Positions 37,918 through 47,482 are shown, counted from the stretch's first letter. The stretch: 64,000 bases of DNA from Planctomycetota bacterium (GCA_021819825.1 JAKAEZ010000011.1:6209-70208); one strand, 5' to 3'. Notes: generated from the sequence alone by a model not told the origin. Numbers and translations: made by a program.

Positions 37918-38997
37918 TTAGCGCTGATATAGCGGCAAATAATGGTAGGGTACGCATAACGCCAGCACCGCCATGGCCGTCGCATAAGCTTTGGACCCTT
38001 GCTGCTCAATGCCGTCCTTGGGGGTCCAGGAGCCATTGCTATTTTGTAATTGAATTAATTCATGGCGGATAGTACCGTAAATCTGCTGGTAATATTTGCC
38101 ACCCAATTCATTGGCCGCCTGACTGCAATAATAGACCGCATAAAAATAAAAATTCTCATTGGGTGATAGCGGATGATTCAATAAAAAATCTCCGCCCGCG
38201 ATGGCCTGGTGTGAATTTCTCTGGCCCATAAGTTCTAACGCCAGAATTCCGGTACCCGTGCGTGCGCGCCCTGGGGGGCCGCCCGGCTGATACGCGAAGC
38301 CGCCATTGACGTTGGCATCGCGCAGCACGAACGCGATACCATTTTTGATCGCCGCCGCGGGAATGGCCGCTCCGCAGTCCGCCGCGCCCCGCAGGGCCAT
38401 GAGTTGCCAGCCCGTGCAGGAAATATCCGCATCCGTTGCCGTGGGCTGATACCGCCAGCCGCCCGCAAAAATGCCACGCGAATTTTTTTGTGCCGCAAGA
38501 ATTAGCGCCACCGCCTTGGCTAAAACCTTTCCAATACGCTTGCGCAACGTCGGATTTGCCACACCATAAGCCTCTGAGAGCATCACCGTGGATATGCCGT
38601 GATCATACATGGTGCCGCCGGGCACAGTGATGTACCCATCGGGGAGTTGGTGCTCCAGCACCCAGTTGATGCCCCGATCAATGACCTGATGGTGGGGCCC
38701 GGTGCCCGGAGTGTATCCGCGCGCTAAAAATGCCATCACCGCCAGAGATGTCACGGCGGGGCGGTCATTGCGGTTGCAGGGGAATGTTCCACTGGTTTTC
38801 TGATGTTTCGTCAGCCACCCAAGCCCATGGGCGATCGCGCTTTTTACATACACCGCAATGGGGCGTTCTGCCTGCACTGCGGTTACGTTCAGCGAAAGAC
38901 CGGCCGAGATAATTGCAATCGCAGCCAGGACGACCGGCCGCCGATAGCGGATACGTTTGATAAATCCTGTCTGTGGTAATGGTGAGCAAAAAATCAT
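37918..38997 (-). CDS. Secreted prenyltransferase/squalene-oxidase-repeat (alpha/alpha-toroid, terpene-cyclase-like) protein
   Basis: It has an N-terminal signal/anchor and repeated G-G-W/F-x-Y motifs (GGWRYQPT, NGGFAYQPGG, NGSWTPKDG). Its ATG overlaps the upstream stop (ATGA at 38997-38994). Confidence 0.6.
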   Translation of the reverse strand: MIFCSPLPQTGFIKRIRYRRPVVLAAIAIISAGLSLNVTAVQAERPIAVYVKSAIAHGLGWLTKHQKTSGTFPCNRNDRPAVTSLAVMAFLARGYTPGTGPHHQVIDRGINWVLEHQLPDGYITVPGGTMYDHGISTVMLSEAYGVANPTLRKRIGKVLAKAVALILAAQKNSRGIFAGGWRYQPTATDADISCTGWQLMALRGAADCGAAIPAAAIKNGIAFVLRDANVNGGFAYQPGGPPGRARTGTGILALELMGQRNSHQAIAGGDFLLNHPLSPNENFYFYAVYYCSQAANELGGKYYQQIYGTIRHELIQLQNSNGSWTPKDGIEQQGSKAYATAMAVLALCVPYHYLPLYQR

Positions 38998-41900
38998 CGC
39001 ACCCGCATTTCTGAAAGCCGGATGTAATAGTCACGCACCATGCGTTTATAGCCGGCGGGAATATTTTGCCGCGCTGTATTTAACAATTGTCGTTTGGCCA
39101 GTGGGCCTAGATTGCTCCACTGGGCCGGACTGATTCCCATAGCCAGTACCGGCTTGGGCGGCGCGCCCGCGGGGCCGCCGGGGCCGGTCATGCCGGTGGG
39201 GTTGCCGCTTAAGCCTTGGCCTGCTGCGCCGGGGGTGCCGGCCTGACCCGCCATGGCCACACCCTCACCGCTACCGCCGGTCGGTGCGCCCCGATTGCCA
39301 TTTGCACCTTGCGTATTCATGGTTTCTCCCGCCGCTCCAAGGGATTGCGCCGCCTGTTGTGCCGCCTGTGAATTCCCCTGCCCGGCCTGCTGTTGGGCCT
39401 GCAGGGCATTTTGTACCTGTTGGGCGGCGGACATAATGCGCTGGTAGGAACTTTGGCCGGTCTGGGCCTGTTGGTTGCCGCTGGGGCCGTTATTGCGATT
39501 CGCCGGCTGCTTGTCTGCGCCTTTGCCGTCGGTTCGGTTCTGCTGCTGGATTTGTCCGGCAATCATGTTTTTATATTGCGGTACATTCCGCATTTCCGGC
39601 GAATGCAAGGCCCCATTTAAATCATCCAAGGCAATCCGTAAGTGTTGTAGAGCAGATTGCTGATGTTCCACGGCTGCTGCCTGGTTTAATTTGCCAAGGG
39701 CCCGCGCGGAATCTTTTTGGTCACGTGTTCCTGATTGCATCTGCCGACGCGCTTGAGCAATATCTGAATTTAAATCCGGTGCACCGGTCTGGGTTTGCTG
39801 CTCAAGCTTTTTGGCAAGCGCTGCGGCTTCCGCAATTTGATCGGCAATCTTTCGGGCATTTTGTGCCTGCTGCCCCGGATTTACCGCGGGTGCGGCAATC
39901 TGAGCCATCAATTGTCTTGTCTTTGCGGCCAACTGTTGCTGCTGTTGTGCCAGTTGGTTGGCATTGCGGGCCAACTGCTGGAGTTGTCCGCTTTGGCCGG
40001 CGTGTGTTTGGGTGTGTGCCAACTGCTGCTGCACCGCGTTATTCATAAATTGCTGGGCACGTTGCAGCGACGCCGAGGCCTGCTCCGCATTCTGATCCGC
40101 CGCCGCCCGCATGGCCGCCTGAGCCTGCGTCATGGCGGCATTGAGGTTTTGAGCTTCCGTCTGCGTGGGAGCCTGGTTGAGCATTTTTTGGGCCAATTGA
40201 TTCATTGCACCGGCTGCGCGCTGCAGGGCGTTGGCTTGCTGCACGGGTGAGGTATTGCCTTGGGGATTGGTTGCCGCATTGATATGCGCAAGTTGATGCT
40301 CATTGGCCATTGCCGCCTGATGAGCCTGCCGCTGTTGCGGCGTGGGGGGCTGTGCCGCGTGATTTAAATTAGCAGCGGCTTGTTGCAGATTGCGGGCAAT
40401 GTTGTTCTGGCCTTCCAAGGCCGCCGGCCCTGCATGTTGCCGCAGATTGCTTACTACAGCATTCATTACTGGTTCATTGGGCAAATTCGGTTGTGCCTGA
40501 TCCGCGGATTTGGCTGATGTTTCAAGGGCTTTAATGTGCTTATTGAGCTGTTGCTGCTGGACGGCAAGCTGCGCGATCCGCGTTTTTGCCCACTGGGCGT
40601 GTAATTGCTGCTGGAGCGTGGCGGTCGCTTGTTGCTGAGCGGAGATAATTTGTCCCAGTTGATTTTTCAAGCTCGCCATGGTGGGTTGCACCTTTGCGGC
40701 TACCGGCGTTTGTAACGCCTTGTGTTGCTGCAGAAGTTTGACGAGCTGGCGATGTAATGTCTGCTGCTGACGCTGCACGTTGGGTGAATTCGGTTGTTCG
40801 GTCATTTTTTTCGCTAACGCCCGTTGTCGCCGGGCCAGAGTTTTCAAACTGTCCGCCAGTTGTTGTTGGCCCGCCTGTTGGGCCATCTGCTGTTGAAGTT
40901 TGTTTAGCGCCTGTTGCGACTGCCCGAGGTTCTGTTGCGCTGCCGCCAGATCGGCGTTCCGTTGTGCGGATTGTTGCGGCGTGGCGAAACTGGCGGCCGC
41001 CACATTATTGGCGGCCTCGGGTAAATGTTGTTCAGCGGCTGCGGCGGCTTTCTGAGCGTTTGTTGAAAAAGCGGAATTTTGGGATGCTTTAGCTGCCGCC
41101 TGCAAATTATCCACCGTCTGGGCCAGATTCTGCTGCAGTTGTTCCGCCGCGCGTTTTTGTCCATCTGAAAATCGTCGATTTCCCGGCGTGCGCTGTAAAT
41201 TGGCGATACGTTGCTTATCTCTATTAATGGTGTTTTGCGCTTTGGCAATGGCGGCCTTTACCGCGCGATAGGCCGCCATGTCTCGCCGCTGCTGATAGCT
41301 TTGCTGCAAATGCCGGTCGATGAGCAGTTCATGCAGGGCGGTGCGGGTTTTCTGATGCCCTGGCCGGCGGTTGTCGATCGCTTCAAGTCGATAGAATATT
41401 GCTCTGGCATGGGGGCGGTCGGCGGTCAAGAGTTGATCCGCGACTGACAGATTCCAGGTTTGTTGCACATGCCGGGGATCTTTCATTCCCAAATCAATGT
41501 TGTAACTCATCGGCAAAGAATGGCCTACCGTGACAATGGCCTGCACCCCGGAAAGTCCAAATTCATCCGATGCGTCAAACAGAATCGGCACGGAATCATC
41601 CACGCGCACCCGCACGCGCCGGGCCGGCTGCACAATGTGAATTAGCGGCGGTTGATCCGGAATCGCGACGATGGGCCATAAATGATTATCGTTGTTTTTT
41701 ATTCCCTGCGCATTGATCAGATTGATGCGATAGGTGCAACTGTACTCTACCGGAAAGGTTGCCTGATATTCCAGGCCGGTCAGTTGCGTCAACGGCAGCG
41801 GTTGCACCACGCCGGCCACGGGCGTGCCCATGGCGACAAAACTTTTCTTCGCCAACGGTTCGGAAGCATGAACAATTAATTGCACCTGCGTGCCGATGAT

Positions 41901-42938
41901 AGCTTTAATTGAACCGTTTTTTCCTGCCGTGCTCCGAGCCGGCAGGGCGGTGTATGCTGGGAAAGTGTACTTGATTTGCAATTCGGAAATGCGCGGCCGG
42001 GCGATAACATTCGCGTGATACCACGGGCTTTGGGCGTTTCCTGATGTAAGTTGATAGCGGAATGTTCCCGCAATATCCGTGAGATTGGCACGAAAGATAT
42101 TGGGCCCGATGTGCGTCATCGCGATCAGCCGCTGCGATCCGGCGGTATTGGTCAAATTCAACGTCATGGATCGCACGGGCTTACCCCCCAGCGGCGGCCT
42201 GGCTTTGCCGAGAATTTCCAGATTAGCTCCCTGCCCCAGCGTGATATCCCCCGGCGTTACATGGATAGCCAGGCGTGAGGCCACCGCCGCGCTCCAGGGG
42301 GCGAAAATCCGCCGCACGCCGGTAGTTACCGTTTGCGGAAATAACGGCCAGAGAATCAGCCACGCCAGAACCGCCGGTATACAATAGACCGCCCATTGCA
42401 TAATAGTTTTACGGGATAAAACCCTGTCGACATCAATACGATCGGTATGCGCCTGTGCTTCCGCAATGACATGGCGCACCATTTCCGGTGACGCGTGTTC
42501 CACCGGCGGCGGACTTTGGGAAAATTCAACGGCACTGATAATGCGCTCTTCATGTTCCGGCTCGCGCTGTTCCACCATCCCCGCCGCCGCCTGCAGGTCC
42601 AGTTCACGCCAGACAGGCCGCAGCAGCCCCACCGTAACGGCAATCATGCTGCTCCATGCCGCAATCGCTATCATCCATCGCAACACCGGCGGCATGGTCG
42701 GCTGCCCACCCAAGAGCAATACCACCAGCAGAGAAATCAACAGACAAATCAGTATCGCCTTGAGCAGGGCGCTAATAATCTGTAATCGCCGATGGCGTCC
42801 GGCCACATGGGCGAGAATTTCCACAATATTCGTCGGCAATGCACCCGGTGCGTCCGAGCTGGTGTGTAGTGTGTTTTCCGGCATGGTTAAAACCTCGCCA
42901 AAAAGGAAGTCCATTCCGGGCTTCCAATGAATGAACAC
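38994..42938 (-). CDS. 1314-aa membrane-anchored protein with N-terminal TM helices, a beta-rich middle region (DUF4175-like) and a Q/A-rich low-complexity coiled-coil region of about 670 aa
   Basis: It is a single long ORF. The N-terminus has TM helices and AAGMVEQREPEHEERIISAVEF. The middle region contains YTFPAYTALP. The tail is Gly/Pro-rich and ends IPAGYKRMVRDYYIRLSE. The true start may be the Met at 42884. Confidence 0.7.
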   Translation of the reverse strand: MFIHWKPGMDFLFGEVLTMPENTLHTSSDAPGALPTNIVEILAHVAGRHRRLQIISALLKAILICLLISLLVVLLLGGQPTMPPVLRWMIAIAAWSSMIAVTVGLLRPVWRELDLQAAAGMVEQREPEHEERIISAVEFSQSPPPVEHASPEMVRHVIAEAQAHTDRIDVDRVLSRKTIMQWAVYCIPAVLAWLILWPLFPQTVTTGVRRIFAPWSAAVASRLAIHVTPGDITLGQGANLEILGKARPPLGGKPVRSMTLNLTNTAGSQRLIAMTHIGPNIFRANLTDIAGTFRYQLTSGNAQSPWYHANVIARPRISELQIKYTFPAYTALPARSTAGKNGSIKAIIGTQVQLIVHASEPLAKKSFVAMGTPVAGVVQPLPLTQLTGLEYQATFPVEYSCTYRINLINAQGIKNNDNHLWPIVAIPDQPPLIHIVQPARRVRVRVDDSVPILFDASDEFGLSGVQAIVTVGHSLPMSYNIDLGMKDPRHVQQTWNLSVADQLLTADRPHARAIFYRLEAIDNRRPGHQKTRTALHELLIDRHLQQSYQQRRDMAAYRAVKAAIAKAQNTINRDKQRIANLQRTPGNRRFSDGQKRAAEQLQQNLAQTVDNLQAAAKASQNSAFSTNAQKAAAAAEQHLPEAANNVAAASFATPQQSAQRNADLAAAQQNLGQSQQALNKLQQQMAQQAGQQQLADSLKTLARRQRALAKKMTEQPNSPNVQRQQQTLHRQLVKLLQQHKALQTPVAAKVQPTMASLKNQLGQIISAQQQATATLQQQLHAQWAKTRIAQLAVQQQQLNKHIKALETSAKSADQAQPNLPNEPVMNAVVSNLRQHAGPAALEGQNNIARNLQQAAANLNHAAQPPTPQQRQAHQAAMANEHQLAHINAATNPQGNTSPVQQANALQRAAGAMNQLAQKMLNQAPTQTEAQNLNAAMTQAQAAMRAAADQNAEQASASLQRAQQFMNNAVQQQLAHTQTHAGQSGQLQQLARNANQLAQQQQQLAAKTRQLMAQIAAPAVNPGQQAQNARKIADQIAEAAALAKKLEQQTQTGAPDLNSDIAQARRQMQSGTRDQKDSARALGKLNQAAAVEHQQSALQHLRIALDDLNGALHSPEMRNVPQYKNMIAGQIQQQNRTDGKGADKQPANRNNGPSGNQQAQTGQSSYQRIMSAAQQVQNALQAQQQAGQGNSQAAQQAAQSLGAAGETMNTQGANGNRGAPTGGSGEGVAMAGQAGTPGAAGQGLSGNPTGMTGPGGPAGAPPKPVLAMGISPAQWSNLGPLAKRQLLNTARQNIPAGYKRMVRDYYIRLSEMRVR

Positions 42939-42982
42939 TATTGTACCGTTTCACAAGGCAAATAGGCAGTTCTCAATGCCGT

Positions 42983-43010
42983 CAACGCTGTTCAACACAA
43001 CGCTGTTCAA
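42983..43010. repeat. Tandem 13-bp direct repeat CAACGCTGTTCAA-ca-CAACGCTGTTCAA in a divergent intergenic region
   Basis: The copies at 42983-42995 and 42998-43010 are identical. A flanking CAATGCC also occurs twice. Confidence 0.8.
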
Positions 43011-43081
43011 TGCCTTGCTATCTATCGCAAAGCGCATGACAATACCGCTTAACCATTCGGTTACCTGGCGCACTGGGTGTA

Positions 43082-43657
43082 ATGGAGGCTGATATGCCGC
43101 GATGTCCCGGTTGTTTTGTAATGCTTACCATGACGAATTATGGTGGCGTGAATGTTAAAACCTGCAACAGTTGCTTCGGGACCTGGATTTCCCGTGTGAG
43201 TCTCATGCACATTGTCCGGGCCGTGGAACCGCCTGATGCCGGCCCAGACACGCCATCGCTTAAGGATTTGGCGGCTTTGGTTACTGAAGGGCATAACAAA
43301 CGCCGCTTTCCCTGCCCCGAATGCCGACAACAAATGACCATCGACCGGCTGCATCCGATGATTCCTGTGGATATGCAGTTCTGTGGTAAGTGTGCTTATG
43401 TCTGGCTGGATGTCGGAAAATTAGCTATGACCCAGCGACTGTACCACGCGCTTACCAACAGCACCGATCCCAAAATTATCGAAATTCGTGAGCGTTACGC
43501 CTTGGCAAGTCTGGGAATGGAGGTTCAGAAAGAACGCATGCCCGCCATTGGCGGTGCTGCCGCGGGGGCGTTGGGGCAGGCGATGCGATATCCCACGCCT
43601 TACGGTGTCGGCGGCGGATTTGACCTTAATACGCTTGTAGGCATGTTGGACTTTTAA
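43082..43657 (+). CDS. Protein with two zf-TFIIB-type zinc ribbons and a Gly/Ala-rich C-terminus
   Basis: The two ribbons are CPGC...CNSCFGTWI and CPECRQQM...CGKCAYVWLDVGKL. Confidence 0.6.
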   Translation: MEADMPRCPGCFVMLTMTNYGGVNVKTCNSCFGTWISRVSLMHIVRAVEPPDAGPDTPSLKDLAALVTEGHNKRRFPCPECRQQMTIDRLHPMIPVDMQFCGKCAYVWLDVGKLAMTQRLYHALTNSTDPKIIEIRERYALASLGMEVQKERMPAIGGAAAGALGQAMRYPTPYGVGGGFDLNTLVGMLDF

Positions 43658-43678
43658 ACACACCTCGCAGGGACGCAG

Positions 43679-44689
43679 ATGAATTTTGCCGTTATAGGAA
43701 TCAATCATGGCCACGTTTATGGACAGGTGGAAGGGCTTTTATCCATTCCGGGAGCCACATGTTCAGGCGTTGCCACCGCGGAGCCGCGCCTGCTGGAGGA
43801 ATTCTCCCGGCGGTTTCCTGGAGTTGCGGTTCGCACCAAAGAATCAATTCTCGCCGATCCCACAATTGATTTGATCACCTGTGCCGCGATAAATTCCCAG
43901 CGCGGTGCCTTGGCTGTTGAAGCACTGTCTCATGGCAAACACTTTTTTGTTGATAAGCCGCCATTGACCGATCTAAATCAGCTCGATCCGCTGCGCCGCG
44001 CGGTCGAAAAAAGCGGGCGGCTCTTTTTTGTCTATTTTAGTGAGCGGCTAAGCCAACCTTTTGACGATCTGGCACGACAAATATTTCGGCAGGGGGGCAT
44101 CGGCGACCTGGTGCATTTAATGGGTGTTGGGCCGCATAAACTCAATGCGGCCACCCGTCCTGACTGGTTCTTCGATCCATGGCAATATGGCGGTGTGCTC
44201 AACGATCTGCTGTCGCACCAGGTGGATTGGTTCTGCTGGTTTACCGGTGAAAAAATAAAACACTTCAGCAGCCGCGTGGGCCGCTTTGGCGCTGCGCCTC
44301 AAAAGACCTTTGACGATTTTGGGGATGTCACAGTGACCGCGGAAAGCGGCATCACCGGCTATTTTCGTGCGGACTGGTTTACGCCCGAAAAAAATCCGGT
44401 CTGGGGAGATGTCCGCGGATTAATTGTCGGCACGCGCGGCACCATCGAAATTCGCCGCATCGCCAACCTAAGCGCTATCGATGCAACCGACAGCGGGCCG
44501 TGCATGATTCTGACCAATGACACATCCGGCCCGATGCGCCTTGTGCCGGAGAATAAAACTTTGGCCTGGCCGCGGGAGATCATGACTTCTCTGCGCCTGG
44601 GAAAAAACCAACTCAATGAGCCGGAAATGCTCTGGCATGTCATGGAAACCACCCTGCGCATACAAGTCCAGGCGGTTCGTGTGAAATAA
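43679..44689 (+). CDS. Gfo/Idh/MocA-family NAD(P)-dependent oxidoreductase
   Basis: It has the N-terminal Rossmann motif FAVIGINHGH and ALSHGKHFFVDKP. Confidence 0.8.
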   Translation: MNFAVIGINHGHVYGQVEGLLSIPGATCSGVATAEPRLLEEFSRRFPGVAVRTKESILADPTIDLITCAAINSQRGALAVEALSHGKHFFVDKPPLTDLNQLDPLRRAVEKSGRLFFVYFSERLSQPFDDLARQIFRQGGIGDLVHLMGVGPHKLNAATRPDWFFDPWQYGGVLNDLLSHQVDWFCWFTGEKIKHFSSRVGRFGAAPQKTFDDFGDVTVTAESGITGYFRADWFTPEKNPVWGDVRGLIVGTRGTIEIRRIANLSAIDATDSGPCMILTNDTSGPMRLVPENKTLAWPREIMTSLRLGKNQLNEPEMLWHVMETTLRIQVQAVRVK

Positions 44690-44966
44690 AATCTCCGACC
44701 TTGCGACCTTGGTAAATAAGTAGATCAACTATCGATCCGACTGGCCGAAGATTAGTCGCTTAAATTATAAGCAGTCGCGTTGCGGTATTGTGACTCTTGC
44801 TCGCAAATCAGCACACAGGCGGCCCCGGCAACCCAAGGGCCGTATTTAAAAAGTTGGTCGGAATTCACGCGAAATATCCCCAATTTATCGGTTGAGCGGG
44901 GATATTAACGCGAAATTCCAGAAGCCATTCACATCGCGGCATTGTATTTGCATGAATTACAAACGT

Positions 44967-45005
44967 GGTGAGATTCACCGCGTTCCCCGATTCTTGGTGA
45001 ATCGG
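44967..45005 (+). promoter_or_regulatory. Candidate alternative-pairing RNA element in the long leader of the porin/ABC operon
   Basis: GGTGAATCGG (44996-45005) can pair either with GATTCACC (44972-44979) or with CCGATTC (44987-44993). The two pairings are mutually exclusive. The function is unproven. Confidence 0.3.
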
Positions 45006-45247
45006 CGTTGTTCTGTGAGGCATTTTTTGCATCCGGGCGGCGGTACAAAGCTTGAATCTCCCTTTTTTGTTCTTTCTTTTTTTAAGGAGGACACATGCCT
45101 GTATTATGAGAATTTCCAGTTGATTATCCGTGCAGTCGCGGAAATGTGCGTCCGCCGACGTGCCGCCAAAGTTCACAGGATGCTGCAATCTGGTGTGTCA
45201 TCAGATTCGCCATGGATATTTGTTGACTTTATTTGGGAGTATTTTCA

Positions 45248-46300
45248 ATGTTGTCGTCTCTTACGGGTAACCCCAGGATTGCCAGTGCATTGGCCGCCGC
45301 GGTGATGTTGAGCGTCGGCGGCGTTTGTGTCGCGGCAAACACCGCCTCTAGCTCATCGAATGTCGCCGCGCCGCCTGCGGCCTTATCAGGTGCTGCCACC
45401 GGCTCCGCAGCGGATCAGGCTGTCAATGATCTTTTGAGTAAGTCCAGTGCGGGTTCCTCTGACACTGTTGTGTCATTGGATGATGCAGGCAGTGGTGATA
45501 CGCTGGGTTCGGCCATGTCCGTGTTTATCCAATCCACGTTTGCCACTGATTACATTACCCCGCGCGGTTTGCATGTATCGGACAAGGGCGTTACCTGGCA
45601 GCCCTTAACGGTCATTAATATGGATGTTTACAGCGGGAAGGGATTGATCAATGATGTGACCGCGTACGGGGGCATCTGGCAGGACTGGAATAGCCAGCAG
45701 CATATTAAACCTGATGGAGCATTCCAGGAAATCGATCCCTTTGTGGGTGTCAAGACCACCCTTGCCAAGGCTTTTACCCTCGATTTTCAGTATGTTGATT
45801 TTATCAGCCCGAACGGCTCCTACACGACGGAGCAAAATTTGTCGTTGAAACTAAGTTATCACGATACATTCCTCAAAAACTTCTCTTTTAATCCTTACAT
45901 CAACCCGTTTTACGAAGTTACGGGAAGTTCAACCGTAGTCACCGGTCGAAACGGCGGGACGTTTGATGTGGAAGTGGGTATGGTTCCAACGTACACGTTG
46001 GCGGCGATCAAAAATTATCCGATCACGCTGACATTTCCGACCTGGTTTACCGTCGGGCCCAAGGACTTCTGGGATGCCACGGGACAGACCAAAAACAATT
46101 TTGGCGTGCTATCCTCCGGCCTGCAGTTAGCGGTTCCGCTGTCCTTTATTCCCAAGAAATTCGGGGCATGGACGGCCTTTACCGGCTTCCAGTATTACAA
46201 CGAACTCAATAACAATCTGATGACCGCTTCGCATATTCTTGGTACCGGCGGACACCGGAATATTTATATCGGCACCGTTGGTGTCAATGTGTTTTTCTAA
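45248..46300 (+). CDS. Putative outer-membrane beta-barrel (porin-like) protein
   Basis: It has a signal peptide (ALAAAVMLSVGGVCVAAN), an alternating amphipathic beta pattern, and a C-terminal ...GTVGVNVFF ending in Phe. ATG 45248 follows a gggag. Confidence 0.55.
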   Translation: MLSSLTGNPRIASALAAAVMLSVGGVCVAANTASSSSNVAAPPAALSGAATGSAADQAVNDLLSKSSAGSSDTVVSLDDAGSGDTLGSAMSVFIQSTFATDYITPRGLHVSDKGVTWQPLTVINMDVYSGKGLINDVTAYGGIWQDWNSQQHIKPDGAFQEIDPFVGVKTTLAKAFTLDFQYVDFISPNGSYTTEQNLSLKLSYHDTFLKNFSFNPYINPFYEVTGSSTVVTGRNGGTFDVEVGMVPTYTLAAIKNYPITLTFPTWFTVGPKDFWDATGQTKNNFGVLSSGLQLAVPLSFIPKKFGAWTAFTGFQYYNELNNNLMTASHILGTGGHRNIYIGTVGVNVFF

Positions 46301-46346
46301 ACCCGTGTTGAATGTTTCAGGCAGTTTATGTTAAGAAAGGAAAAAA

Positions 46347-47480
46347 ATGAAAACTGGTAAAAACTATCTTGTCCACTATGCCGCCAGGCGGATGCAGCCG
46401 CTGCTGGTGGCATTGGCGGCGTTGCTTTTGCTGGCCGGTGCCGCCAGACCGCTTTGGGCCGCTTTCACCGTCGGGGTTATTACCGTGGGTTCCACCAAGG
46501 ACTGGGGCTACAACGAAGCCCAGGCGGTGGCCGGAAAATCGCTTAAAAAGATTCCGGGAGTTAAAGTGGTGGTTCAGGACAATGTCCCGGAAACCATCGC
46601 CGTCACACAGACGATGCAAAGTATGATCAACTTTGATAATGCCAAAGTGATATTTGCCACATCTTACGGGTATTTTCCATTTGTCTGCAAACTGGCACCC
46701 AAATACCCCCATGTTCTGTTTGTTCACTGCGGTGGCGATTATGTGCCGGGGAAGACGCCTAAAAATGTTGCCACGTATTTTGGTGATGTTGATGAGGTGG
46801 AATATCTCAGCGGAATCGTAGCCGGCTACAGCAGCAAAAGCGGCAAACTCGGTTTTATTGCCGCCAAACCCATTCCGCAGGTATTGCGGGACATTAATGC
46901 CTTCACTCTCGGTGCACGTTCAGTCAATCCCAAAGCCACCTGTACCGTTGTTTTCACTGGCGACTGGTTCCAGCCCGTCAAAGAAGCTCAGGCGGTAAAC
47001 AGTCTGGCTGACCAGGGAATTGATGTCGTGACTATGCACGTCGATAGCCCGAAGCAGATTATTCTCACCGCCAAGAGTCGGGGGATATATGTGTGTGGTT
47101 ATCACTTTGATGGCGCTGCGTTATACCCCAAAGGTTTTCTCACCGGCTCCGCGTGGAACTGGGCACCGATTTATAAAGAACTGGTTACCGACGCCATGAT
47201 GGGCAAACCCTATCCCCACAGCATTATGGAAGGCTTCCGTGATGGGGTGGTGAAGCTTGATCCGTTTGGTCCGGCCGTTTCCCCCGCCGCCAAAACCGCG
47301 GCACTGGCGGTGAAAAAAGAGTTCATGGCCGGCAAGTTCCAGATCTTCAAAGGCCCGCTTTATTCCAACACCGGAAAACTCGTGATTCCCGCGGGGGTCG
47401 TGTACCACGATGCCGCCCCCACGCTGGATGGGATGAATTATCTGGTCAAAGGTGTTATCGGTAAGATCAGTTGGAATTGA
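46347..47480 (+). CDS. BMP-family (PnrA/Med-like) ABC transporter substrate-binding protein
   Basis: It has a signal peptide, VGVITVGSTKDWGYNEA, and GFIAAKPIPQVLRDINAFTLGAR, as in basic-membrane-protein family binding proteins. Confidence 0.8.
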   Translation: MKTGKNYLVHYAARRMQPLLVALAALLLLAGAARPLWAAFTVGVITVGSTKDWGYNEAQAVAGKSLKKIPGVKVVVQDNVPETIAVTQTMQSMINFDNAKVIFATSYGYFPFVCKLAPKYPHVLFVHCGGDYVPGKTPKNVATYFGDVDEVEYLSGIVAGYSSKSGKLGFIAAKPIPQVLRDINAFTLGARSVNPKATCTVVFTGDWFQPVKEAQAVNSLADQGIDVVTMHVDSPKQIILTAKSRGIYVCGYHFDGAALYPKGFLTGSAWNWAPIYKELVTDAMMGKPYPHSIMEGFRDGVVKLDPFGPAVSPAAKTAALAVKKEFMAGKFQIFKGPLYSNTGKLVIPAGVVYHDAAPTLDGMNYLVKGVIGKISWN

Positions 47481-47482
47481 AA

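Noticed and set aside
39253-42930. Many 60-154-aa ORFs on the plus strand and in other minus frames across the giant gene (e.g. 39795-40250, 42466-42930, 40904-41248).
   Set aside because: They are shadow ORFs generated by the Q/A-rich (CAG/GCN) low-complexity coding sequence of the 1314-aa minus-strand gene. They show no motifs or starts with an RBS, and all are nested in the long ORF.
44690-45247. Possibility of a guanidine-I (ykkC) or other known riboswitch upstream of the allophanate-hydrolase operon.
   Set aside because: I could not find the conserved ykkC blocks (GGGUUCCG.., GGUCCGAGAG, ACACGG..GGGA.AAAAGCCCGGGAGA) or other riboswitch cores that I know. The region is kept only as an unclassified structured leader.
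44865-45305. ORFs 44865-45188 (minus strand, 107 aa) and 44892-45305 (plus strand, 137 aa) in the long leader region.
   Set aside because: They lie in an AT-rich, structured non-coding-looking region. They have no RBS or motifs, and the plus-strand one runs into the porin gene out of frame.
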